A stretch of 64,000 nt of DNA from Ophelia neglecta (lineage: Eukaryota), in NCBI GenBank assembly GCA_965285935.1, contig OZ260665.1, positions 46,066,001 to 46,130,000 on the forward strand, written 5' to 3'. The position numbers were made by a program, and so were the translations under genes. Below are positions 26,850 through 41,500 of this stretch, piece by piece. The stretch's first letter is position 1. Each line of letters starts with the position of its first letter. A model generated the notes under the pieces. That model was not told where the DNA came from. It made no database searches and saw only the letters and a program-made list of their open reading frames with translations.

Positions 26850-28560
26850 CTTGCTCAGTAATCATATCCTCGACAATTGCCTGTAAAACAAACATAGCCA
26901 GAAGCATTGGGCAGCGCTCAAAAGCGTGATGCTGGGGCGCTTGTTATAATCATTGCAAATAACCATAGATTATTTGATAATCATTTCAATGGCGAGATCA
27001 ATGGTTGCCGCCATTAATATAACCTCTGCCTTTTTCAATGCCATGTGGTCGCCTTCATGTCCTTTTTAGGTATATTGGAATGAGCTAGAAAGCTTTTTAT
27101 TTGACTGGTACACAGCCGTCACAAGACTACTATTTTGCTTGTCTGGCGTGTCCACATGGTTCCACATCTTCGTGAATTTTGCGGTCATGATAGGAATTGA
27201 TACTATACAAGCCAATTGTGCAATGTGGAACACCACTTGAGCAAGTTGTATTGAATTATTCCAATCGCGCACTTGAACCATGGACATAAAAGAATGACAG
27301 TGAATCCAGGAATTGAAGGCAACAGTGAGCAGCCGCACAAACCTGCCGCGCATAAACTAGTCACGGCAGAGCGAGCTCATAAATCACTACCCGACACAAT
27401 GTGGTCGACAGCGGGAAAAGTGCTGAACGAGAAATACGAGAATACTGTTAGGCTGCAGTATTGTTTTCTTTTTTCTCTTATGCGCATGGGCGTCGGCACC
27501 ATCATGTGCAAAAGTAAATACAAGCTGGGTTAAACGCATGCGTTGAGACATGACAAGAGATATCTACCTGGGTACCGTTCACATTAACCACAATGGCACT
27601 TGTGTGTACATAGTAAACTTCTGAGGGCTCTTCACTTTTAGTTAAAAGTGTTTGTTTCTCTCCATGAGCATGGATCCCTAACCTATCGCTTACCAAGCTA
27701 TCTCTATTTTTATTTCACGGTGCTAACTTGGAGCTTTTTGCCTGTATAGTGTCTTCCTGGGGATTAGGGAGTTTTGGAATATTGTCACTCCGAGCTATCC
27801 AAACGACAGGTAGGTGCATTACGCTATTTAAAGATCCCAGTTGCGTACCACAATACAGCATTAGTCCTTTTATAATTTCTTTTCTTGAATATTCCAGTTT
27901 ATCGTTTAAAAAGTAGATTCGTGTGCTCCGAAAGGAACTTGCCTCAAGGCCTGTATGTACTGAAAAGAACCGTGTCTTTATCGATCATAAATTGAGCATA
28001 CGACGCTTTCCTTGATTGTACAAGCATATTTGTTGTAAAAAAAGGAAACATTTCAGCATATGCTTTCTTGTATGGACGCCAATTAACAGCTAATTGCGTG
28101 GCTTGATATTTTTTTGCCGCGGCCACTAGACCATGACGCAAAATATCTTTCGGCGGACCACAGGTCATATTTAGCATGATATTTTTCATTGCCTACTTGG
28201 GCATGAATGAAACTTTCAGCCTACCAGATGTCGTGATCGCCACCACTTTACATGAAAATTGTGCATTACTACAATCAGTCTACATGGTGGCACCTAAATG
28301 TCCACAATGAAGGTCATGGTGAAATTGTACCAAAAGATTTGACTGTAGTCTAAAAACTCTTGGTCTGTTGCCATGTGTATGAGCCTATGACATAATTAAC
28401 GGAAACAAATCAAAGACGACTTTTTTTGTATTAACAAATGACATGCCTTAGTTTTGCTGTAAGAATTAAAGACCGGCTGAAGCTGAGGACATCAGTTTAA
28501 CTACCATAGTGGTATTTTGTTAATCTTGCCTACACGAATGACATTCTCGCTGGCCATGAC
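26850..28560 (-). pseudogene. Possible heavily decayed intronless gene, product unknown (hydrophobic toward the 3' end)
   Basis: Chain of adjacent minus-strand ORF pieces (27944-28189, 27700-27960, 27502-27696, 27066-27353) linked by single stops or frameshifts. No family motif is confidently recognised. Confidence 0.22.
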
Positions 28561-31500
28561 TCTGGCGATATCCAGTCAACTTTCATCAGGAAAAGCCCAA
28601 TGAATACTGAATGGCTTTATTTCATCATAGGCCAAAGTAATCGGACGCAGCCATGGTCAACCCTGTAGCCACAAACTCATTTGATCAACCCTTGTGCGCG
28701 TGGTTCATAACGCTACTCACAATTGCTAGAACTATTGATTTCACTATAGTATCTGAGTATTATAACACATGACACGGGGAGGTTCATTGACTAACTGTCC
28801 TGGAATAGACTGAATGGACAATAGCCTCGATGTTAAACCCAAGAGCGGCTCATGAAACTAAGTGCTTGCAATTTTATTAATCCACGAACCATGTAGACTT
28901 TGCAAAGTCTTCAAATGATTCCAATGAAAGTGTTTTGACCATGAAACAAAGCAAAGAAATACGAATCATCGCAGAAGTGATAATTGGTTTTGTCTCGGTT
29001 GAGTGCTACCGACCTGTTATTTGCTTGTAAATTAGAATAAATAAGAAACGAGTTTTGTCTAACTTCGAAAAGGTGTTTATATTAATAGTCAAGCATACCA
29101 GTCTCACTATCACTTCCAGTCTCGAGCAGATTGCTTAATATCTCAACGAGAAAAACGTGAACAATGATTGTTTTTCAATTGCCTTTTGTCATGTTTTGTG
29201 TAACATTAAAAACAATTCATTTTTCGGGGCAAAACAACAAATAGGATACTCATAGTAGTATCTAGCAGATGTTACATGTATTCTCATCTTCTTGGCTAAT
29301 CAAAATAATGCCTTATTAAACACTAATCATACCATTCTGATTCACACATACGATATTTTTATTTTTCATTTGCAGCTAAGGAAATGTAGCGCTTGGCATT
29401 TTCCTTTTATGTTTTGCTAGCAGACTTTGAAATCATATTGAAGGCTATCGTTTTGTAAATCGTTTTAATGCAATGTTTCATATCCATTCTTCGCCTTCTT
29501 CCGTTTCCTATAACGTCTGTATGTTTTGCACCGACTAGATATTGAAAATATCTTAAGATAGGTTATATAGGTTAATGATCCTTCCGCATGCAGGAAACAT
29601 ACATCCAGTTTAACACTAAAAGCACACAAAAGTAAAGAACTGATTTATTAAATTATGGGGGAAATAACAATTCAAATACAAAGTCCGTGGGTCCGACTAT
29701 TTCAAAGCGTTTAAGCTAATTGAGAATAGCCCGGGATCTTTTGACAGAGAAAAACACGTATATCGCTTTTACATCTATGTTGACTTCCTTTCAGACGCGC
29801 GTGGTCTATTTTGACGGACGATGCATCGCTATTTACTCAGGACTTCAAAAGTAATTTAATCCCATGTTAAACAGGTAGTGAATAACACATGCCATGTTTA
29901 TACCGCTTGGCAAATAGGCACATCTATTTGCCTGTAAATGTATAGTTCTACCTGATACAAATTCCACTAGTGGTTTGCCCGATTTTCTTTTTCTTTTTCC
30001 GTCATCATCACAACAATGCATTTCTAAGTATTATAATGATACAGGATTTTGTTTATAGCTTTCTTTCACGGTATTTTTTTAGAAGCACGTGTCAAGTGAA
30101 ATCTGGCGAAAAACAACTCAAAGTCACTGGACGGATAAATCCCGCAAAAGCAGTTGTTGACCAAAAAATTATGGAGGGATTTCAAGACAAAACCTAGTTT
30201 AGCAAGTTCCCTTTACAGATATGAAAATTTGAAAATTCAGCGACAATTTTTGGGATTATTGTGTAGAATATAAGAATACCATTATTGAATTAGGTGAATA
30301 CTTCATAAGCGTCACTAAGATACTTTATTGAATGCCAAACGCACGTACAATGAAATCCTAATTAAAATTATATAAGATTGATATCATATATAAATTTTAT
30401 TATTACAATGCGTAAGTATCGGCCTTCAAATTATGTACATTGCACTTTTTTAGAGCTGCAATGACGCTCCACTAAAATAGATATAAGTAGGTCTTATTTA
30501 AAATATGCCAGATCTGTCGTATCACATTCTAAGGGCGTTAATTTGCACAGCGATGAGCATTTGACTAAACCCAAAAGTGGTGTACAGAAAGAAAGAGTAT
30601 ACCTTGGGAAGAACGAAAATATGCAAGATTTAAGAGTTCTTTTCAAATATTTATTTTATTTTTTTTATTTGAGAGTTTATATGAATTTGATGTTCCATCC
30701 ACTTAATACTTTTTTCCTTCATTTAGGGAACATTTATTTTCAGTTATCAATCACAGGTTCCTTGTGTTATTGTGAATGGTAACTTTACCACATGCATTAA
30801 CTGTTATCTGTTTATGAAAGTTTCATGATCGCCGACAGCGGGTATCAGCGAGAGGCGATTGACATGTCCTTGCCTAGGTTGGACGTGAGTTGCTTGTTCA
30901 TACTACCAAAGTTAGGTTTTGGGATGATCCTGTTGACAAGAAGAGTTGATCCCATATCTGATTACACCACATACACCCAAGCTTATCGATATTTATATGC
31001 AACAAAGGCAGACATTTGGAGTACGACAGCGTCTTCTACAGACATCTTGTCTTGTACTTGACAGGTTGGATAAACAACCATCAAAAACACATTTCACACA
31101 AATAAAATAACAAAAATTCCTGGTGAAATATGCACAGAACCCAATTGAGTGCCGGGTTATATCAGTCATTTCAATTCAAGCATTTTGGTAATTGTTTGAA
31201 ACAACCATTAACTAGGCTATGATTCTATTTTACTGTCATAAATCCCGTTAAAATTTAGAATGTTTTAATAAGAGTAGAGTAGGTTTACTTTTATTGTTGC
31301 TATACCTTTGACGCTAAGAAGTAGAACTCAGACTCGAAATGCACAATATTATTTTTATAACGTTATAACCGTTTTTGCCGGGAATTAACCAGAAGCTTGC
31401 AACGTTGTCTTAATATAGGCCTATATAGGCATATCACACCATAGGCCTACCAGACAAAGATGTGGTTTAGGCTATACAAAATGAAATCTTTATTATGGGT

Positions 31501-34500
31501 TTCGGCCAGTTTGTAGTTTATGACAAAGCTAATACATGCGAGGGCTAGTTAATGAAATAGGGTTAAACACATTTAAGAACCACTTTTCATTTATCTGTAC
31601 ACGCGCAATGCTGCAATTATGCCTTATATTATTTTGTCTTTCATTAGAACACCGACTGTGAATTAAACACAGCTAATCAAAGTTTCATCTTGAAAATGGC
31701 GGCCAACTTGAAACACGGAAAACATGCCGACCATTTCTATATTTGTACAAATGTCAATATATAATCACGAAACAAACGTGGATTTTAACTGGCATGTCTT
31801 ATGCCTGCTCAACTGAGTTAGACAATTCTTTAGTCATTTTTGTTGCATGGATCCCTAGGTCATACCAAAACCTTATATGCCTATAGGCAAACCGTATATG
31901 CCTGAGGGCCTAAGCTTATTTTCGTTCCATCCAGCTGACATGCCACGGCTTTTCCTTGGTCGTTAAATATTACTTTTCTATACATGGGTCTGCCGCAACT
32001 TCACAACCAAATTAGTGCAGAGCAAGCAAAAATACAAGAGGCAGAAAACAACAGTGTCATTGCAACAATGTTCCTGGACTTGTTTGCTTTATATTGTCAA
32101 CTAGACCTAAAATAAAATGATTTGTCCGGGCATGATGTCTTGCTTGATCACGTATTTAACAGGTTTGAATTCATCAATCTACACGTCTTTAAAAACCCTT
32201 GTAATCATGGTCCGCAAACGGGAAAATTTCAGGCTAAACGACTCATTTCCATTAGTTGACAAAGCCAAGAGAGAACACAAGAAAAGGGATACCTGACAGG
32301 TTGCGTTTGTGTCTGTTCATAGAATATGCCTTGAAACCTGTACCTATAATGTCAGACTGTAATATATCTTGATACCAAAAGGTTTGATATCAAAAAGCTG
32401 GTGACACCAGGCCCAATGAGAAATGTTCATATAAGTGCTTCCAGCAAGAACAGTTTTGTCTTTCGTCGCAAAGCACCACTTATTCTCCGTAAAACCAGTA
32501 TAAAAGTTCCCAAAAGTAAGTAAGCTCATGTTGATACAGCTTTGTATTTGGACAAGATTTGTTAAAATGATCCAAATGCAAACTTTGGATTTCTCCGTAT
32601 CGTCTGATCTCTCTATATTGATATAGTTAAATATTAATATATATTGAATATTGTGGGGACAGAAGCTACCCTTTTTATTTTACCACTATATGGTAGGCCC
32701 ACGTCCCTGCAGACCACGCATGTCTCTGTAAATGTTCTCGCGACTTCTTTGACAGCACGCCTCTCTACTTGCACATATAGGGCTTTGCAAATAAGAGACA
32801 GGAATTTTGAAGCTCATTCACAAATCCCTGATACCCTGGATCTTTCATTCTCCGGTGTTTCATATGAGGCCATTCAAGCATACACAACCCCGATATACTT
32901 GTAGTCAGATCGTGTTCCGTTTACATATGTATTTAAGCTGACTTCTTTGCATTTGTAGAAAATATTTATGACGTGACAGTTTTCTATCGCACTAAGCGAT
33001 CACCGAGAATCATATAAATTCCTATATAAATCGTTATTCAGTTGTTAAAATGTATCCAAATAAGCTAGATGCGTCTGTACATAGATGACAGCTGCTCGTG
33101 CCTTGCAAACAACATTAAACGTGCTTTACTGTCCCGTTTAATGGCACAATATATGTATATGCTTACAAATACACGACTGGGAAATGAATGTATATGACCT
33201 ACAATAAGGTAAGGTCTGGTTTCAGTAAAACCATGCATTTTCCCCCTTTTAGTATTTGAAATTTATGGATTTTGTTATGCACAAATGCATACTTTGCCTA
33301 TAGAAAGGCAACAATTAAATACATTTTGATAAGATTGTTAATTTTACAGGGCAACCACCCATAAAAGACTTTCGTTAAAAGGCGATTTGCTGTTTTCAAA
33401 AATTCACCGCTGCTCACAGCGTTTACATACAGAAAGTTTGCCGAACCTTGCATAGTAAGGAGATAAGTAACAAATCGCAAATCGTTTGGAGCATGCTACT
33501 CTTTCCATTGAACGTTATATGACGTTTTACCCGGGCGTTTTACTTCAAAGGCATGGTATACCTTTGTGATTAATGGCACGTATCCATCTTACTAGTGGCC
33601 AGGAAAATGTTGTACAGGCCTTGAAAGTTGCAATTTTTTTCGCAGCGGGACAAGCTTTTTCTCGCTTTTGAGAGTTCCTTCACAAGTTCCTCAAAAGTTG
33701 CCAAAGTTGTCGTACAAGCAGGGGGCTATTGTCGTCGCTTGAGCAAACTTCCTCAATGTGTACATTTTAATTCGTGTCACGACTCACTAAATACTGAAAA
33801 TCTATCGGCACTATATGGGGTGATGACTAATCTTTGGTAATACCGGGGAATATTGTCAACAAACCTGTTGAGCCGGGCCTTTATGTTTATTGTGATAGCA
33901 TGAGATCGGTCTATAGAATCTAGTTTAACCAGCTGGGAGGATCACAAAGGATTCCGAGAAGCAGCTTAATCGTGTGACATCAGGTTGTGTCAATACTGGG
34001 TGTGTGGAATATGATGATATGGACGTTGGGTGCTATATTTGCAACTTTGGCATGCCCCATAGCGTCCTGTAGGCCTACATATAACTGTCCGAATAATTTG
34101 TATTTATAAATTTAGCCACGGGCGACCAAGGTGTTTTCCAAAGAAAAGGACCAATAGAGGGTTACATATTATGTTTTTTCGAGCATGTCTTTATCGCCTA
34201 GTGCAGACAAGGATGTACTTTTTAAAGGGTGTGCGTCTCACAAATAAAGCAAGGTAAGGACAATAGATTTGCCGATGTTTAATGGCAAAGGACCAAATTA
34301 ACAGTGAAGTTGATGGCAATGTATGTAGCCCGTTTGGTGTAAATTGGTAAATACCTATATTTAGTTAATAAAAAATATATGTACTGTAGGCCAATCTGAT
34401 ATTAATTAACAAGTAAATACGGCATGAAGCACAGCCTTGGACCATGCTCGTTAGAGGAAGACTGCTCCACCGGTACCTGACTAGAGACCACCACAGAAAT

Positions 34501-36999
34501 TATATTCCTGCCGTGAATTCTAAATTACCAAAAATCACTATTTAGTGATCCCAGTTACAAAGGACTTAATTGTAACGAAATGGAAGAAAATGAGTTTTGA
34601 ATGATATTCTTTTGTGGACAATGTAGACAAAGAAATTTTGTTTCCATTTGGCCATGCAGTTAGTATTACACGTTATTACTGCATTTTTATTTGTCGAATT
34701 GCATAATAAGCGAGGTTCCGATATTCCTAAAGTCTTTTAGTATAGATTAACATTAAGTGTTATTGATTTACATGTAATGTTTATTGGTCTGTGCTGGGTG
34801 TATTTGTTGACCAGCTTCACATGATTTCAGCTGTAGTAAAGGGTCCAAGATATGTTTCTTTATGTTGAAGTAGGGCCCATATTAAATGTGAACGCTCAAA
34901 CATAATAATAAAACCAATTTTCTATCCGATCTAATAATAACTCATTTTGCAAAGATGCCTAACGTATTAATGGTGAACTGCATTTTTGTGTCACTTCTTC
35001 GAGCAAAAATCCTTTATACGTTCAAATCAGCACAAGCTGGAAGATAGTATCACTACAGCGCCATGTGTGCCTTCCACAAAATGATGTCATTTCCATTTTT
35101 GCAAGCCACATTAATGAAAAGTGTGGTTCAGTATAACGCAGTACTGTTTTCTTGTTTACAATCCTGCTGCCTTTCGGCGGAGTTGCCGTAGGTGACATGT
35201 GCACGCGGTACACAGCGGCGATAAAGCTTGTTTTAATTGATAGGCTGGTGATTAACATGCCCCGTCCTCCTCGTGTCTTAACATGATCACCTGCAGCGTG
35301 TCAATGTCCCAAGGCAACTTCCCCAGACAATACAACTTCATCACCTGTTCAACTTAAGTTTCGTGACACTTAATGTAGCCTATAGCTAAAGGATAGTCGC
35401 CTTGAATAAACATGCCAGGGCTGCATGAAAGCTCTTTATGGTTTCATTGCGTTTTTTCTCTGGGACTATTTCTGCAATTATGAAGACAAGCTAGCATTTA
35501 CTAAAACAACGCTATATGCATGTACTTTATGTAGTAAATTGATTTAATGGTGATCATCCGAATGGTGAACATTAGTGGGTCGCCCAAGTGGAAAATGGTG
35601 CATTTTCTGTATACAAGCATGAAATTCAGCGTATGTTCAAGTTATGGTAACTGGCAATATTGGATATAGACCCTAAAGATAGTTACCTCATGTTGCCATG
35701 GTAAAGAGCATCAAAGTTTCAACAAAAAGCAATCGAAAGCATCAAAGTGTAAAAGGAAACTATTCTGAATTATATAAACGTAACCGAATTTTAATCAATG
35801 TCATTGGAGGGAACATATATGATACGGAGGCCAATCAGTGAAAATGATCGCAAAAGACGCTTCCATAGTAACGGGTGAGCAATTTAAATATTTACCTCGA
35901 ATTTCCGCGTTATTTTATATACTATAGAATGCTACATGCTGTGATATGCCACTTGCTTTAAAATAGAATTGAAATAAAATGCGATTTTGTCATAAATTAT
36001 TTAGATGTTGACCTGGGAATTGACATTCAGGTAACTATGGTAATATGTTATGAATTGCATCATTATGTGCTATTAGTGTATTGTATACCAGAACACAAAT
36101 TAAATCCGTTTTTTGCAGACAAAGCAATATTTACCATGGAAACATTTTTTTTCTATTCCTTATTTATAATTTTTTAAATTGTCCGCTTCCTTGATATAAA
36201 TATGAACATTCTCTAATTAGATCTAGCTTTTAATCAATTCAAAAGTAAGCTTAGTTGATGCAGACCAGAAGAAAGCTTTGCAATGTGTGCAGTTGACAGA
36301 CCAGGATTTGAGCAGGCGTCTTCTGTGTTGCAAGCCCATAACCTAACGATGAGCATTTCATTCGATAAACTAACATTTTACTATATTAGTTGATGCGTTA
36401 TTTCTATCATGGGGGAAAATAATGTCAAGAACCATTTAAAACAAAGTATTAGTGAAGTGAGCAGAGTGTTTTGTTAAAAAGCCTCCGCTTAGAGGCCACA
36501 GACACTAACAATAGTGAATTCGTATTAATTCCGTTTTTCATTTGTCTTTTTAAGTCATTAAATTTAAACCGTTGAGCTGAATAACCTATTTAATGTGGAT
36601 TTTGTATTTAGCTTGTTTGAGCCTAAAGTTTAAAACTAATACAATGATGTTAATTTGTATTGAGCTCCTCGTATCCCTGGATGACAACGAGGGTTATGGT
36701 GCTCTGCCCTTATTTGACCTATTCCACACACCTTCCCTCACGTCCATCTTTCATTATTTAAATTGATTATCGGCGTGCTTGTCAAGGTTAATCGATGCCA
36801 AATACAAGATAAAAAATTGCTGGTGATGGCTGATATGATCGATTGATTTCAGTCTCCTTGCTGGGTATCGATCATAGCTTCGGAGCCATTAGGCCATTGG
36901 CTTACCAAGTTGTTATAGGCATATGCACAAGTCAATATCATTAATCTGGCAGGTTTTAAAACTCTGACCTACTTGAGAATTCCGCTCCTGAAGGGACTG

Positions 37000-38585
37000 T
37001 TAGCGATGGAGGATTCAAAGTTAGTCCCGACAGACCTGAATAAAAGTCTGTCGGCCTAGCGTAACAAAACAGGAATATTTATTTGTCCGGCTATATTTCA
37101 AGAGGTGTTAAGGTAAGTATGTGGAGATATAATCATCAGTGTTATCAGCAATAATGTTTATCTTTTTTCATCTAGAACGTTGAGTACTATGTGCAGTCTA
37201 TGCAGGCAGTGAGTGATGCTTAAGCAATTGGTTGCAATTATTACACACACTATTCAGATCGTAGGGCTTTTTGTTAGATCTAAATTTGCATTGGTTGTTA
37301 GCTGTTAGCTGTTAGGTTATTCAAGTACAGTCTTAACAGATAAAATTTATTAACTAAAGCGCGTACTAGTACAGCCCTGCCGTCCCGCCCGAAATGAATA
37401 GAAGCGCAGTAGACTTGAAATGTACTATCAGATAATCGTAGAATCGACTGAGATATATCTAATTATTACCGAGACCGTTGATTTCCGGATACATTTCATA
37501 CTGTCTAATTTCCTTAGAAACAGAAATGTTTTCAAGGACCGCCTGTCTTTGAAGCGCCACCATACCCAGTCAAATCGAACAATTAGGCCTTACTCATATG
37601 ACATTGTTCTCAACTTAAGTAACATCCACCTGATTAGAACAGGATTCACATTCTCCCAACCATTGTTTTCTATATCTTTCGGCACAGGGAGCTATCCACA
37701 GAGCATCTACACATCAAGTTGTCATTTTAAATAAAACACCTCATTATCTTTATTTAATGTGTTCAATGGGTGACCGTGTAAATCCTCCGTCTTATTTGAG
37801 CATGTCCGATTTGTTCCGAGAGAAATACTACACAAGTTGTAGTTTTGTGCCATATGAGGAAAAGGCACTTTTTTCTTAATGATAAGGGTAAAACCGTTTA
37901 TAATCCAAAACGTCGAATTGTGCCCTTTTCCTGGTATGAGTGAAATCCCCCTTTAAAAGTAAGCATCTCCATATAATTTAAAGGGATAAATATAACTTAA
38001 GCAATGCAATACATGTGTAAATGCGGAATGCAGAATCGAGCGCACATAAGAAAACTTATTGCTTTCTTAAGAGACTACATTGACAAACCGTTATTGATTT
38101 TTTAGAGGTATTTTATAGAATAATATATACCTGATTATTCAAAGTGGATACTGACCGTATATACATGTACGTACACATTACGGATCATCAGCATTGGCAA
38201 AAAAGACCAAATAGATTTCAAACGTCAAAACAGGTAATTTTATGACTCTTAATTGAACGAAATCCATTCTTGATACTGTTGTTATTCAAAAGGTAATTCA
38301 ATATTTGTAGGTCAAATGTCAGGACACAATGCCAGGTAGGTCATTCAAGACCACATTAAGACATTCAAGTTGTTCCTGCACTCTGATGTATATGTGTATG
38401 TACTTTGATTCAATTGACCATTAGGCACACCAATAGCATGTGGATTCACCAAAGCCTAACATTATTTTTCAGGACACTGCCCTACACATGGCGGAAAGAA
38501 GCTTGCCATACGCCTAAGTCATAGCTGAAGCATTTGCTTTGCCTCCCTTAGCCCTCACTCAGTCAAGTGACAGGGTCCTGCAAAG
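37000..38585 (+). other. Probable 5' UTR exon and intron of paralog A
   Basis: Strong donor AAG|GTAAGT after 37112 and a polypyrimidine acceptor ttttttcAG ending at 38472, upstream of the ATG at 38586. The transcript start is not determined. Confidence 0.35.
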
Positions 38586-41500
38586 ATGAGGCGGACGGGC
38601 TTCATACACATAAGAGCATCCTTCCTCACACTTCTACTTGCTTGGCTCGCCAATGGACAAGGTAGATGAGTGTTATTATCACAACTTCAGCACTGCCCTC
38701 TGCAAATATGTTGCAGGTATTAATTTTACTTTTTTAAGATTTTTATAGGAAAACCATGTTAACTGATATGAAGACATTTTCTTTGTGCCGTTAAACAGTT
38801 GACAAGTACCTATTGGAGGTGCGTGGTACGGTGGAGGTGTGGGGCCACGAGTTGGTGAAGAGGAACCATTCGGGGACAGAAGAGACCCCGCGTTCTTGGG
38901 TCGACAGCGTTGTTTCCCTTCCTGCAGGCAGGATAGTAAAATTTATGGTATGCTCAATATATTTTATTCTTTAGATATAGTGTGATTTTATTTACTTGTT
39001 GTCTTCAAATGAATAGCAGGGTCATAAAAATATAAATATAAATGTAAAAGACTGCTTTTATTCTCTAGTATAACGACCATCACCCATGTTCAAACCACCA
39101 ATCAATTAAACCAAACTAATTCAGCCAAACCTCAACGGAAGGAAATTTCATAATGGCGTTCGCCCCTTAATTTGAACCATTCTGATTGCTAAGCCTGCTT
39201 ACAAATTTGCCGTGACAACCTTTGATTTCGCCGTCTTCGCATCTAGCATGCAATGTTGTGCGAACAAGTGGCTCGAAAACACGTCTTTAGGTTTTGCTAG
39301 GCCTATGTGTTATTAATATCGACCCTAAGAGTTGACTCGGGTTGACTTGGGGAATATCGCTATATATTGTCCTTGGCTCTAGAGCCAATCACATCTGTAT
39401 ACGTAATAATAACTTTATTTGCGTTTCTTCTACTTTTTATAGGCATACATACATCGCGCGCCCTTGCGGTCATCTGTGATTCGTTTCCAAATTTGGCAGG
39501 CGACGGGCCGCATCAGCTACAGACTGCTTTACGAGAAAACAGGAATGGTGCCCATTCGAGAGGGATTGCTTGAGGTAAGAAAGGGGCTTGTAAGCCACAA
39601 TCTATATAGTTAACGACCACGGCAGTCCATACAGAATGGGTGGATTCTATCACATGATGGCATACACGTCTGCGTGGAAAAATTATGAATATAGACATTC
39701 CTAGGAACGCGGTACATTGACATTGAGTACCTGACGAGTTGTTCCTTCTTTCAGGTGAAAGCCGACGCCGACGTGTACATACCGGATCTCTGTCGTATCG
39801 GGTGGACTACGGAGGAGGGTAGGAGCCCAATCAGTTTCGACTTCGTGGAGGGCTATCTTTTATACTTCCGAGGTATCCCCAATGGGAATTATCCCCTAGT
39901 CGATAATACATACGACTTCGCCAGCTTGCCATACCCAGCGATTCATTCAATCGCTGTGGAAATTGACACTAGTAAGTCTCTCTGTCTTCGAGTTAGTTTG
40001 CAAAATTAAGACGCAGAAGACTAATTTGTGAACAAAAAAATCCAAATTGTATACCCAAAGTTACAAAAAAATGTAACGACTGAATTCCAATGTAATATTG
40101 ATGTTGATCACAGAGTGTTATCACAGGGGGTTATAGTTGCTGTAGTCTCACCATTCAGATAAAGTCCAAGACAAGTTCCCTCAGTACAGTGGTGTTATGA
40201 GAATGCACACAGTCGCCCCACCATCATTCCCCTGCATGGATTTAAGTCCCAACTGATGTTGCCCAGTTTGAATTGAACAACACAGTCATGTATCTATTTT
40301 ATATAAAGGACTACCGGGCGCGACTGGTCCACCCGGTCCACCCGGACCAATAGGTCCTCCCGGAGCAGACGGAAAGAATGGACCGGCGGGGATCGCAGGC
40401 CCTAAAGGAGACAAAGGAGAGCCAGGACCTCCCGGACCCTCTGGCCCAACAGGACCGGCTGGACTTCCGGGCAAAGAGGGTCAAGCCGGTGCACCAGGCA
40501 CTATCACAGGTAAGTCAAAGTTTCACTGGTCATGGATTGTTGCCTATACAATTCATAAATGCGTACTAACCCATTGGGAATTAATAACAAAAATTGTTTC
40601 ATCACATTCATTCAGAAATCAAAAAGGATTTGAACATTCTTAACACATTTTTATAATGTATCTTTTATCATCCTAAAACTTCAGACCCTTCACTATTTAA
40701 AACTCGGGAGGCATGTTGAATACCGAAGGAAATATCTCGTAGCAAAAGTATGTGGGTTTGCGTCGTTTGCCTAAAGTTTTCATAGTGACACTTACCTCAA
40801 AATGCCCGATATGATTGAACAAATCGCATCTTAGGTCCATGGACTTTATTCATATACCCACGTTAAGGTATGAAAAGAGCACATGCTGATGTATGATAGT
40901 CAGACATCATTAAACTTTTTATGGTTGCTGCAAAACTTAATGTGCCAAAAAGACCACGAATGCTGATTTTTTGATAAATAATTATCTACATTAGACGTTG
41001 ACGATAACTGTTACTTTAAGAGCGTATTATAGACCGGGAAGATATGTTGCCTGCCAAAGACTATGACATATATTTGTATATCAAAGTAAACTGGAATATA
41101 GTGAATTTGTTAGGCCAAGGTCCAATAAGAATAAGTGAAAACTAAACATTATAAATTTGAAAATAAATGTCTGATGTGAAGTTGGGTTTATAAACTTTTT
41201 GCTAGACAGACACAATGTATGGCATTGTTTTTAGTGTAAACGTGACTAAGCAACACAACTAGAGCATATAATTAAAACTCAGTTCTTCAGAATATAGTCC
41301 AAAAATAGTATCACAAGAAGGTAGCCCTAGATCTCTATAGGTAAAATGCACAGACGCTGTCTGAAAGTAAGCCTTTGCCATTTTTGTAGTAAGGGTTCAC
41401 TATTGGCACATTTTCGTATTAAACATGGTTCTTATGTTATTTTCTACAGATATTGACGAGTGCGAGACCTCTAATGGGGGTTGTAGCCAGACTTGTGAAA

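Noticed and set aside
36292-36356. tRNA-like segment on the minus strand (gctcaaatcc, B-box-like)
   Set aside because: I could not fold a full cloverleaf. At best it is a decayed SINE head.
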